A stretch of 64,000 bases of DNA from Phoronis australis (Eukaryota > Animalia > Phoronida): contig NMRA01000521.1 in the NCBI GenBank assembly GCA_002633005.1, forward strand, positions 7,446 to 71,445, in the 5' to 3' direction. The notes beneath the pieces were generated by a model. It did no database searches and was not told the origin of the DNA. It was given only the letters and a program-made list of their open reading frames with translations. Both the position numbers and the translations under genes were made by a program. Numbering within the stretch: the stretch's first letter is position 1; each line of letters opens with the position of its first letter. Positions 36,707 through 50,200 of the stretch are shown piece after piece.

Positions 36707-39700
36707 ACACCCCACTCAAACCACAAGGCACGAGCCCCGACCATTGGCAACGCATTCCATGATCATATTACGTCGCTAAATGACATTCCCAAAAGACTTA
36801 CCTACACGCGAATCTGCTCTGGCACAAGCCTGGTGGTTAAAAACAGAAAGTTGCGTAAGAACATGATTTGATATAGGGAATTGTAAGCGTGCTATGTTAT
36901 GACAACAGGCATGCCAATTATCTACCAGGCTTATTACAGACCACGTGTGAACACTGTCAAACCAAGAGTGAATTGGTGTATTCGGAAAGAATAGATTGTC
37001 GTAACTTTGGTTGCAGTTGAGCGACTTTGGCGATTAAAAAACTAAACATGATAATCATTTGACGAAGATTTCAGAAACGCTTTTGGTTTTTGTTCAAATA
37101 TGTTATAACTTAACTTTTGTTTTTATCAGCACAGCCTAGTCGGGGTAGATACGATCTTATTGGAGATTAAAGCAATTATCGAACAAAAGAGGGTTGGCCC
37201 TACAACCATAAATGCCAGAATGGAGATAATCAGTCGTGTAAGATATTGGCTACAGGGGTAAACTTCCTAACTTGGTCTATAGAATCGAACAAGTTGGGAG
37301 CAACGGGATGTCGCCGTAATATTCTATTATAGCTTCCGGTTAGTGTGTTAAGTGCTTGTCCACGAGAGCACCAGCCATCCAGCGGCAAGGTGGGGGTCAG
37401 CTGATTTCCACCAAATTTTACATTCCGTTGGAGTCTATAAACAGTGGTAAAATATTTCCCCAAAATATTACGTTCTTCAAAAGTTACAGGCTCAAACACA
37501 TCTCACGGCTTCGCCATGTTTTACACTGTAAAAACTGTCCAATTTTAATTGTTTGTATTTTTCCTTGAATGAAAGCTATTGAACTATTATCTTCTTGGCA
37601 TTTTTAAGTGGTGCCTGTAGATTGTTACACACATGTCTTGAAAAAAGATTCCGATTTACCACCCTCGTTTAGTAGTTTTACTACACTGCACCCCGTTATG
37701 CCATTTTGAGGTTATGTTCAATACAATGCTTTACCAAATCTGTCCCCACTGCTATGAAAATGAAACTTGGCCAAAATGTTGACAAAACATGTTACTTTCA
37801 TTGCACAAATTAAAAACTTAATCAGCTAGTTCATTAGTTATACATTTTGGCACTTCAAATGTATTAAAATGAGAAATTTTCAAATATCTGATCACGTGAA
37901 ATCAGATTTTCTATAATGTTTTTCGATAATTTGCAACGAGTTTGTTCCTCCTGAATGTTTTGAATGTTTTACTACTTACCACCTAGGACTACAGGTGTAC
38001 AGGTGTATATACATGTATTGTGTTGTATTGCTCACGCTACGGGTTCAGATTCCGTTGTATTAAGATATCAATCCCCAACCCTGTAATATGTTTGAGTAAA
38101 ATATCTAGACAATGAAGTTGATGGATTTATTCTATTCTAAATGAAGAGTAAACACCAAATTCTGCAATGGTTTTTCAAAAGTAATCACTCATGTAAAAAG
38201 TAAAACCATGTTTGACAATTTTATTCCTTATCTCATTTGAAAGTTATCTGCCTCACAGACAACACATCTATGTTGAAATTATTCCTTGTGAAAAGATACA
38301 AAACACCAACCAGAGACTCGTATACTACAAAATATGTTTTCATAATACAATACAATACAATACAAAGATACATGTACAGTCAAAAGTGCAAATGTTATGA
38401 TTCTAATAAAAATTGCCTTCTACATCTTTTCAACACTCCAGTTGCTACAGGACAGTCAACCACACAAAAACCATAAAGTCAGGGAATTACATTTTAGATG
38501 AAGTAGTCTCACTGTGACAAAGGGATTTCTCAATGTCGCTGGTAACACTGTAAATTTCTTCTTCTTCACAAAGTCGAGGTTGCTTAAGGTAAATCTACCA
38601 CATGATTGTTCTTATCAAAAATAACCACAACAAAATGAAAAATTGGCTCGTCGGCTCTTATTACACAACATTTTTGCAATGAAAAAATACTTTTGCTACA
38701 TTGTATGCATTACAATTGCCCTGCGATTACATTTGTACATACATACTAGACCAGCTGAAAAATTACTCGTTTGAACCATAAAATGGTCAATTCACCAAAA
38801 ACCAAGGACTCACCAGAGCTTGCGCGCACCCAGCCTATAATATGGGGTGGGGGGTCGAATTTGTGCCGATGTGGACCTTTTGCTGACAAGAAAGCTGGGG
38901 GACTAAAAAAATAAAAAACAGGGTACCACCTGCGTCTGTGCCTTTTCAATGGAATTTTTCTCTTTTTCACGGACTTTTTGTTTATCTGGGGCGGAACTTG
39001 GGGGTGGGGCTCCTTCGAGGCCCCCGAACCCCTCCCCTGGATGAGCGCATGGAGAGCTAATGCGCCAACACTTTTCAGTACTGCAACAAAAATCATTTGA
39101 AGTGGACATAAACCCGCCTACTATCATATAATTCAACTTTTGATTCAGACAACTTACCATCAAGAAATAGGTACTATTTCCTGGTAACTTTTGAGCAATT
39201 ACAGAATTTCGAAAGAACTGGCAATATGCATTTGCTAGATGCCAGGCTCCGTAATATGGCTTGTCTTAGTAACAGTGTGCGATTTTATGCACACAGGAAC
39301 AGCAAACTGTCAATTCGCTGCAATTCCAGAAATCACTTCCCATCTGCATAAGAAACAAATTGAGAAAAGTTTATAGAGGTTAATGGTCTGAATCACAACT
39401 TTACTTCCTGGACGGAATTTGGGTTTGTAACCCAGGCTGAAAGATAAAAGAACAAAACCAGCCTAAAAGCTGCCCAAATGTCTGTAATAAATACTCACTT
39501 ACAAAAAAATCTTTAATGGTAAATAAAATGCGGAAACATAAATTCAGATCAATTTCCCAATTTGAAGGAAAAGAAATTGTACATTGGTCAGAAGTCACGA
39601 AACAAAGATTTAAATGTGGTGGCCACACTGAAAAATCCTATCAGATCAAAAATTCAGTGGCTAAACAAAAAGAAGGCCCATTGCCATGTGGCTGTACCAA

Positions 39701-41978
39701 CATAATCCACTGGTCAAGGATGATGATCGGTGTCTGGACAAAAATTCAATACAGGTAAATTTAAATTTGTCCTGCTCACACAGTTCTGGTGCAAACAAAA
39801 CTTGCAACAATACACAAGCCTTATTCCCTAGACAGCTGTGCTGACATAGTTATGCCACCACTGGATTTAGCAGATCCGTCAGAGTATTTATAGGTCCAGC
39901 CACAGTACTGTTTCCTCCCTTTGAATTTTTACAATGCTACATCCTTAACAGTTTTAAAGTGCATATTATTTCTGTCCAATGCATTCTCCACTTCGTCTGT
40001 CATATCTCCTACATCGAACTGTCCCAGTTTCCCCACCGTTGCTATGGCTAGTGGCCTATCTCAAGAAATTACTTTGGACCAGATGTGGTATAAGCCAATA
40101 ATCTTTGGCAAATACTTTTTCCCCGACTCGTTCCTCACATCTTCTGAGAGTAGACTTTTCGGTCTAGCCCCCACACTTAGTTGTCCAGAAAGGTACTAAC
40201 TTCTTGCTAGTTTTGAACTTTTCTATACCCAACCTTTATTAATAATTGGCAGGTTTTTAAGTTCAGCAGAAGCTACTTCTTCAGCATAAGCCTTTCCTGA
40301 TTTCTAAAATTGTATTACTGAAAAAATAAACATATTAAATTTAATATGGTCAGTTTGGCTCAGAAAATATAAATACCAAGCTAAAGTGAAGGCATCACAA
40401 ATAAGTCATTCAGATTTGATTATGAATTTTACCAAATGAATTTCTATGAACCTGACAGTAGGAAAAAGGTATAAAACAGCAGTATGGCACATTACATGTA
40501 GAAAGTATGGAGAACAATTTAAATTATTATCTACCTATGTGTCAGCGTTCATTGTGGAATGTATGAGTTGTGCATTACATTTCTCTGCATAACATAAAAC
40601 AATTGACCGATTTTAGGCAATTACGAAATTTGTTATTTAGAAGTACTTGCTGTTACTGTAGTATCGACGGGCTCCAACATCTAGCTCACTTTCTTTTGAC
40701 CCACTCTGAAATTTCATTAAGCCAGCCTGTTTTATTTGGCAGCTTCTGCATATTCCTGAAAATGTGTAGTTATATTCAGTCAGCTGTATTGGAAATATCT
40801 TTTGTTGCATGTTCAGTCATAGGCTATAGGGATCAACCAAATAAAAAGAACAGAGCCTTAATAGGGATGGTTACTCTAATGTGCCAGAGTAGCAGCTAGT
40901 GTATAATATCTATTTGCTATGCAATTTCTAGCAAAACCATCTACAATCCGCACTGCAACCGTACAAGAACTCCCCACACTAGTTCACTACCATACTGTTT
41001 TTTTATAACACAGAACATCAGATGGCAGCTGATATAATCCCAAAAGTTGAGCAATACCATTCTGCCCTTCACAGGAGCCCGCCCACCTTCACGATGAGCA
41101 CAAAAATTTAACCATTTCAATATAACAGATTCTGACTTTGTAATCGTGTTTGTGTAATCCATTGCCTACATAGCATACACTATCTTTCATGCACAAGTAA
41201 GATATGGAAACCATAGGTCCAAGATCCTCGAAAAATGTTGTGGAACCCGCACATCAGTCACTGATTATTTTTCTTAGTGTACCCTACAATTAAAAAATAC
41301 ACCGCTTTTGACAATCATATGAGGTAAACCGAACAAGAATATTGAACTGCAAATTCAGCATGCATGAAACAACACCAGAATCCTTTACGTGGTTAACGAA
41401 TCAATTGTACCTTCAGGGCCTCAAGTCAACGGGATAATTTGGGGAACGTATGGGTCACGTTAAAATCCCTGTCTTTTTTCTTCCAATTTTGGGATGGTGC
41501 ATTTTGATGTGCGAATTTGCCTTCTCCTTCAGCGAGGAGTGATTGAGCAAAACTGTGGACTGCACAATAGGCAAATATCAGTTGCACTTTTTGAGTTCCG
41601 TCCCATTTATAGCCTAATCAATTTGTAAGCTTCACTAGTTGCAAAATCACAATGTATTTTTTTGATAAATGAACAATATTTTTGACGGATTTGACATGTT
41701 TAATTAGCTTCATATTCGATCACAGAAATTTAATGACGGACATACCATATACTCTAGTCTCTATAAGTAGGTCATGGGCAGAAGTCATGTAAATTGTTTT
41801 AACATGTTTGGTGGTTATTATGAAAACGTATGATATTTACCTATTTTCTGTGTCAATGTATACATACACTGCATGTTTAAGCAATAAGGCCCAAGTTATA
41901 AGCAATCACGGTGCGTCAATAAAAGTATTTTGCATGAATGACGTGCTCCCAAAAATATTCCTCAGGGTTTGTTAGGTA

Positions 41979-42434
41979 TGTTAGATATTCCCGCTAAGGG
42001 GCAGTTTTGATATTTATCGAGGAGTTCTCGGTGGTCGCTGATGGTGAGAATGGTGTGTCATGAATTATCTGAACACTGAGGCTGAACTTTCTTATGCTTT
42101 GTTCATATACTTTCAGAAATACTGAGCTTTGTTTGTTTATTTGGTGAGCCTTTGTTACTCTGCAGACAGCAGCGTCTTGTGTATGGAACTCGACTGTATT
42201 ATTTTGGTGGACTGGTGGAGTCAACGGAACGCGTGAGGACGCCTTGGTGATGAAGATTGAACTTGCCGCAAGTTCAAGTTTTGCACTGCTGGTGCTGAAG
42301 TTCGACCCTGTCTTCGTCCCAAGTTTCTCGTAACTTGTTATCATGTTTGTAAATATGTAAATACATTGTTTTTAGATTTAAATTTTGATCAGGATAACTG
42401 AAAAGTGGTTATTTTCGTTTATACTGCCGTAACA
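41979..42434 (+). mobile_element. Solo-LTR-like repeat, copy 2
   Basis: TGTTA...TAACA termini; near-TSD ggta/ggtt; diverged match to 33040-33471. Confidence 0.55.
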
Positions 42435-43670
42435 GGTTCTAACCCTGGAGTTTGGTGATTCCTACCTGAGCTCGCACGAAGCAGGATGTTGAACCTTGAC
42501 TTAACGTCTTTGGTCGTTTTTCAGACCTCTGTCGAATTTCCTCTCTTGCGTGCAGGGGATGAACTCAGTGTCTTTAGCGACGCCAATATATGTCGAGGGC
42601 TGCAACGATGATTCGGGTAATTGAATCTAATACGATAGATAATCAAGCTACTGCTGCACACCTGCCTCCGAGACACACTACTTCTCAGCCTCGGCTTAGG
42701 GCACGTTCCACCTCCTTCACATCCCCTCACTTTTAAGGTTCACAAATGACTTGCTATATTCCTTGTGCACTTCCCAAGAGTTTTCAAAGTTAGTTTCTCT
42801 TAGCAACTCTTAAAAATACCAAATTTGATGCGACTGGCACGGCCAAATAAAGAGATAAATTCACAAACCTGCACTCCTCATCAGCTATAATTCAACTAAG
42901 GCATATTCTATGCTTTAGTTTGGTATGCAGTGAGTTGGATGAACAAAGATAGTATATTTTTATATTTTAGAGGGAACTGCTTGTGTCCTTAGAATTAATT
43001 TAAAAACATTTAAGCAAACCAATTCTTTTAATTATAGTATTATACCACGGCATTTCAACGCGTAGAAAAGACGCACAACTAGTGACTGATTCAACACGAC
43101 AAACACACATACGTGCGGTCTGAAAATAGTGAAATTCGGATACCTATTACCAAGCTTGCCTAAGAGCTGATTGTTTTTTGTATTAATTTCAAGGGGATGG
43201 AGTCTTGTGCATGCCCATGTAATTATCAGTTTTCTCTTGGGGCAGCTTCGCTATAAGGGTATAACTTACTGCTGGTTTTTAACAAGCATGAAAAGTACCT
43301 CCACCGAAACAGTTCCAGTGTTACCATGGTAACCGATATTTTAGTGTCCATACCGTTTTGCTTACATTGGTCATAAACCTATCAAATGGTATCAAAATTA
43401 TTCAGAGAAAAAATTCTGTTTGAAGCAGAAACTGCAGTAGAAAATGTAGTAAAAAATGACTCATTCCGCATCAAGAAATTGCCTCATTTTGCACCCCAGA
43501 GGACTTCACTTGTATGTACTAAACCACCAAACTCTGTGGTGTCATACTTCTTCCAATTTCTCTCATCGCTAAAGTGATTTATTAGACTGAATATGGTTCT
43601 GAATGGCTGACCGCCACCTTGCCCCTTGATGGCTGTACTGTGGTCGGTGGATCCGTGGACTGATACATAA

Positions 43671-45349
43671 AGGAGATTGCCACCCGATTTTATTAGTCTT
43701 TTTTACCGTCTTAATCGGTCTATATCCACATCGCCTCTTATGCGGTCGACATCACCTTGCCGAGAGGTGTCGCGTTATCCTGTGAGGAAGGTGAGAAACG
43801 ACGCAGCGACGTCAGTGCTGCGTCTGCAGAGTGAATGCCGCTATATTGCGGTGCCCTCGTTCCCGCTTGGCCGAACTATGAAGCTGCGACAAAAGCTGGT
43901 AAATCGTTTTTAGACTTCCTCGAGAGCCCGGAATACTGAGGAAGTGGTTCGAGGTAGTCAGAAGATTGAAGGGTACGCTGTTAATAGCTAGTAAGTATGA
44001 GGGAGTGAAATATCTCCGTGTCTGTGGCCGGCATTTCGTCGACGAATTCCGGCGTACCAAAGAAATGTCCGTGCAGTGTTCACGGCCTCTCTCTAGTATT
44101 TCTTGATCAGTTTATTCCGGTTCGAACTGATGGCCTGTGATCCGACCCGTGAAATCTTCGTCGGATGAGCTCTTGACTAATGACGGGATTGGCGCCGGGC
44201 GAGTTGCCATTTTGACGTTTATTATTCAGCGTTCTGTTTCAAAATGAATTATCCTCATCCTAACCAATGCTTATATGAAACTGAACAAAGTCTGTCTCAT
44301 TAAATACAATTTGTAATGCCTTGAAGTGCTCATGAGTGCAAATGTTTTGAAAAGCCAGCAATGAATAAACCATTCCTTTACCGGCGTTTGATGCCGGCAT
44401 TAAAGGTAATTGAACGTGCACCGAGGCCGTGTGAGCGCATGCTAATTCAGTGTTTGCGGACAGAAAGCTGTTGTGAAACAGTTACTCGATTTTACATGCT
44501 ATGGTCACATATTAGGGAAATCTTTATTTAGAAATACAAATACATTATTCAAATCATTGTTAGTGTACAACCTTTTCCCTGACGGTCTGTGGAAGGGGAA
44601 CCCGACTTCGTGGCCATCGAGAAGAAGGCCAAAGTAGATTTCCAGTTTCGTGGCTAATTCACACAAATAATTACGTACACATTATTTCATGGGCTCACTG
44701 TTATAGTCTTTTCGTGACTGGGGGTTTAGTTTCCAACTTAAGCTGGTTTATGTCCGTGCCAGTTCCGGTGGCCGCGACGGGCCTGATCGAATTCCGAGCC
44801 ACTGGCCGGGATAACGAGTCAGTCGGCCGCGACGCCGGGCCTAGCCACTGGCCGGGATAACAAGCGTTTTGAGTGTTTAAAACTCAAAAAATCACAAGTA
44901 TAAAAACACAGATCTAGGGACTCCTGTCTGTATTTCACGGAAGAATACTTCTAATCTCCGAACAGACCCCGAACTCCTGCTACGGACCTTGGCAAATTGG
45001 CTTGCCGAACATGAAGTTTGTAGGCTACGGTGTGTCCAAATACCAGTAAATCCGTAAACAGCGAAATAAAACAACACGTTTTTATAAGAACTCTGTGTAT
45101 TTTTAAGGGTTTTACATTGAAGTTTGATGATTTATTGGTGTTAAACGATGAATTCAAGCGATGACACCTCTAAGTCGCGTTGTGAACTGCCGAACAGACT
45201 GCGTGTGAAACCAATGACGTCGTTGGATAATTTTAACACCTCCGTCTGCCGTCAGGTGTCTGGTAACGCAACCGAGCGTGGCGTTCTCGAGTAGAACTAC
45301 TCTATCTAAATTGATAAAAAATAGGTTGTTTTTTGGGTGGCATTGTCCT
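43671..45349 (+). mobile_element. Kolobok-like element remnant with a degenerate THAP domain at 43835-44075
   Basis: Short TIRs aggagattgccaccc / gggtggcattgtcct with ATAA/TTAA flanks; MPLYC...SF-RLPREPGILRKW...LRVCGRHF with one frameshift. Confidence 0.6.
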
Positions 45350-46393
45350 TTAAGGAATTAGTAGTCTACTTCGTTACAATGAAGGCAACCATTTGGGAAT
45401 TGACGGTCTGTAGTTAGTCTTCTTTTAATAGAATTCTTGACAGGGTAATTTTGGCAATAATTCAAGTGGAATCACAACGACTGGGGTATCATGACACAAA
45501 TTAACGTACCTGCTGGAAGTAAAACGGGCCGACGTTGCGGTTTAAGCACATCTCATACACCTATGCCATGCACTGCGAAAACTGTACACATTTGGTGATC
45601 ATGTAGGTACGCTTTTGCTTAGCACTTACAGTTACAGAAAAACATTTGGCATCTTTATTTTTTCGTTGGATTCGTCTTTTTCAGAGGGGGTTATTCACTC
45701 GTATATGTAATTCGTGAAAATTCCAAAATGGCGATGGAACAGTTTCGTAGTGCAATAACTACGTACTTTGAAAGCGCTACTGATTTAGAATGGAGATAAC
45801 AAAATAGAAGTACTAGATTCATATCTCATAGAATCCTCGCTATATTTATGAAACAGCAAATCAATACAACATTTTGGAAAATTGGTAACAGCCACTCCAT
45901 GAAGCCATTAGAATTTGTCTCGTAGACCAAATGTTGTGATGTCTGTAGACATTTGTATTCATTTCACAGTTAAGATTTCCAGTTGTTCAGAGAAACATTA
46001 ACGCCCGTAAACCTGAAAGTGCATTGAAACCACAACATGTACATGTACACCAAGTCCGCCATGTGCATTTACGCAGTACTTATATTTGTGAATAACGCAG
46101 ACTTTGTTCCTTTTCTTCTTTCTTATTGAGTCTTTACATCTACTGTTCCACACGCACCCATTACTAGACTACATGTAGGTGAGTTAGGCGGTTTACTAAA
46201 AACATAAACCAACAGTTGTTTAAAGAACTTATAATGAACTATTTGAATACGGTTTCATTCTAAACAAAAGTAAGTTATCTAATTTTATAAAAATACTTCG
46301 ACGTTTAATAACTGCATACTACACCAAAGATCGATACAAAACAACAGACAAACAATAGACAATAGGTATCGTGATTCAAAAGGCAACTTCGAT

Positions 46394-46399
46394 TTTATT
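46394..46399 (-). promoter_or_regulatory. Candidate polyadenylation signal of the DyP-GRE gene
   Basis: AATAAA on the minus strand about 640 nt after the stop, followed by a GT-rich tract (reverse complement of 46336-46360). Confidence 0.5.
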
Positions 46400-47041
46400 G
46401 TTCCAGTCAAACCAAAAAATCTGTGTTATGATAACAACACAACATAACTGTCATCAGTAAAATGCTGGGAAAATCGTGATTGTTAAATTGGTTGCTTGTA
46501 AGATCTAAATGCCTATTCTTACACGTACTTGATGCTGTTTGAACTATGTAGTTCACAAACGAAGTCGATGGCCCTCTAATTTTTTCTAGAAAACACTATG
46601 AGCATCAAAATTAACGTAACAGTATACGTCTAATGGTGTCGACGTAAGGCCAGCAGCAAACCAGGAAATTAAATCTTGACAAATCTTACAACAAAATCTT
46701 TCTGTTTTCAAACTGATTTAGGGTTGAATTTTCAGGAACACACCTACAGTAACACAATATTGCCAGATACAGCTGCGATAAGCTGGCTGTAATTCGGCGA
46801 GTCTTAGATTTTGCAGATTTGCAAGAAAACTAGGAACTGTGAAAACTTCACCAATATTGCAAATGCTAACTGTGTCGAACGAAATTAGCTCAATTGGGAA
46901 TTGTCAATTTCCGTTAATCAAACAGACCATAAACGTGTTAAAACACAAAAACGAACAAGCAATGCAGAAGAAATACACATCTACTTTTAAAGATCGGAGT
47001 TAGGCCGTGTTAATGTAGTACATGGCTTCTCGTAAACAAGT

Positions 47042-47295
47042 TTACAAAAGTGCGTCCACCATATCGTTTTCCAAGTCGTCATCATCTCCATACTGCAATT
47101 TCGTGTGCAGATGTCTGCTTTCGCCCACATCTCGTTTGATGCCGTCGAAGTAGATTCTTCTCTGATGGTGCTTTTGATGCTCAGGGAACATAATTGAGAA
47201 GTATTCTGTCCAACCACCTTGCCTGCAGCGAACGAGTTCGTAGCGTTCAGGGTCGTCGTGTGCGGCAGTCAGAGTATCTGGATCGTGACAGGATA
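47042..47295 (-). CDS. DyP-GRE terminal exon carrying the glycyl radical loop
   Basis: ttgcag|TA TCC; ISCHDPDTLTAAHDDPERYELVRCRQGGWTEYF...QKHHQRR...DALL*; candidate radical Gly codon 47215-47213. Confidence 0.9.
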
Positions 47296-50200
47296 CTGCA
47301 AAAAGTTCAAGAGAGCGCAGTTGTTTAAGTGCAAATAAGACGGTGGTGAATAAGAAATCTGACTTTATTGTGAACAGACAGGGGTAGCGAGATACCAATG
47401 GAATTCGCAATCTATGAAATCTCTGTGACCCTGTCAGGTGTTATGTTAATGAAAAACAAAGCAGTCCTTTATTCGTCCCTCTCCTCCATCACTGGTTTAA
47501 AATCACACGATATGCTTTACCTTTGACCTTTCTTCGAACATCACTTCAAAAAATTCCAGACGTCCACTAACGCCAAAAACCAAACCCATGTTCCTTGACA
47601 GCACTCTACTTACTAGTGAGCAGGTTTGAACCAATTCCATTTCTCTCGTTTGCAAAGTCCTTTATGAAGTTCTCCAGCATACTGGCAGAGGTACCTTCTG
47701 TTATGTTCAGATCCACTGGAGCGCCGTTACTGAATCCTTTGTTGATCACTTCATTGTTCCAGCTCTTTAAACCACTGCAAAGACACGGAGACGTATTTTA
47801 ACACTTTCCGCAGTTGATGTTAACCGAAGTGGCTTCGTTTCTTGTGAAGGTTAGTGTAAGTTAAAGTGCTCGAACAACAAACACGAGGCATTAAAATACT
47901 AAAAGCTGCAACTGGAATTTTGTATCAAGAAAAACTGTACACTAATAATATTGAAACACACGCTATTCCGTGGTATGGAGGCAAACTCCTTCGCACTACG
48001 AAGTCTTGCGTCTTGTACACATCTTTCTTTGCACGCGGATGGACCAACCGTTCACCCGTGTCATTTCTTTATCTGTGGGTCACACTGTTTTCAGTACTGC
48101 AGATGTGCGTGTATGCAATTATTTCAATAACAACGCTGTTAATGCCCAACATGATGAACTGGTACACGTGTACGTCGAAACTTTGATAAGAGCACCCTAT
48201 TTGCTTTGCAATATTAGCTTTGGTCTGATAGATGGGAGGAATTTTGTGTTTTACCCGTAAGTGAGTTTTATTTTTATGCTGTGGCTTTCACTTGCAATAC
48301 AGAGTCATAGTTTAGTTTGTTATGGCAGTATTTATCCGGCGTCACTTTTGACTGTGACGTGGCGGTTCGGACTTACATTTATCTTTTATCTCTAGCCCTG
48401 GAATGATCTCACGCTGTTGAGATTGCACCGTGCATCCGCCGCGTTTGGTTTTTGTTCGTTTGTTCCGGTGTTGGTTCTTCCTATGGAACTACATTGTGTT
48501 GTGGCTAAAAACTGTTCGAGACTCCGCAGTTTTTCAACCAAATTCCAAAATAATCATCTCATTAGAGCATGGTTGCTGATGATGTATGATTATACAAGAG
48601 GTAAAAGGCACGTGATTTAATTAATATCATTTCAGTGGTTTAAAAATATTTTTCGTTCTAAAAGCCAAGAGTGTCACTAAAATGCGCAAACAAATAGGAC
48701 GAAACAGTGACAATAACAAGAGCAACGCGGGGCGTTGAAATGCACTGTAAACTCTGTGCTAGGTGTAATTATACGTATTTATAGCATACACATGACCCTT
48801 AGATGGCACTGAGTCCAAGAATGGGAAGGTGACGTTGTCTCTTAAAATAATTTGTCAAATTTCAAGAAAATCTGTCGAAGAACTTCAAAAATATACAACG
48901 TAAACCCAAACGAAATCATGAGCAACGCCCGGGTTTGCTTCTATTAACGTTGTTAATACCCTGCGTCAACTATTATATATGCAGAATTTCAGTGCACAAA
49001 TCAATCGATAAAAGTTTTTGCTTGTAAACAAATGTTAATTTGCGTTCAACAATACAGGTCGGTTGGCCTAGGACGCCGTGATTCCCATCACAAGAGTGTG
49101 CCTGAATTTTGTGTCACCTTTGCTTGAAATTGATAAACTGGGTTCAACTTTGCTCCTGCTGTACACTGCAATGTAACACTTTACACCTGCTGAAAAGATA
49201 TTCGGCTATTAGTTCATCGCAGAACAAAAATATTTGGTGAATTATCTCAGAAAATATATGGAGGAGTTACTCGTGAGTTCTCGAAAGTAACTTTACTTTT
49301 TGCTAAAGTGAGGTGTTCACTAAATATTTTTAAAAGTAGATGTGTAAAGCGTCACATTAAATTTAACACTGAAACCTTAAATATTTTTCCCCTGTATAAA
49401 ATTTAAGATTTGCGGTGACAGAAAGGAAAATTTCGTTTGCTATTACGGTTTTCAAACCATGTGTGGTCAATTTGCCTGCAACGAAATGTGTCCCCCAAAC
49501 GTAAACAATCACCTGGGAGATGGAACACGCGTCCGCGAGATGGAAATGAAGTGCAGGAGAGGATTTTGTGCACAGGTACATGTACTGTAGGACCGATGGG
49601 GAACCCAGTGCGAACGGGGAAGTCAGTGGGCCTTGCCAGTGTCAAGTTTTATGACAATGAACTTTGCGAACCTCCAGATATTCAGCGGACAAAAACAGAT
49701 AAAGAAAACTGTATGGCACAGACCTATGGATAAAATTAAAAGACAGAAATTATAGTTAGAAAGTTTTGCATACTTATAAATGTATCTCGAGATGGGAGCT
49801 GCCGGAAGGTCTTGCGGATTAGGGCTGGGGCTGAAATCTGAACAAATCGGTTGACCACTTCGACGTCCATCAGCTGATGCGCCGTTGTCCAGGCCTGCAC
49901 CTACGTAACCTTCGAACGTACCAACGCCAGGAGTGAAGATGAATCCAGAGAGGTTGAACTTTTGCTTCAGTTCTTCCATGCGAGTCTGTGATAAAAGAGG
50001 GTGCAGATCATACCAAGAGGTTCGACAAGTGCAAGCGCACCACCTCAGCTACCGATGAGATCCGCTCAAGGGACAGGTTTCTGTCAGTTTGAACAGTGTC
50101 AGGTGGGTGCAAAATGAAGCAAAAATTGGCAAACAACTATTTCGCACCCACTGTAGGCCTATATGTTGCATTCGTTAGCTGGGGTCACGCAGTTAGTACC

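Noticed and set aside
33040-42434. Full-length LTR retrotransposon bounded by the two LTR-like repeats
   Set aside because: The copies are strongly diverged, share no target duplication, and no gag/pol was recognised between them.
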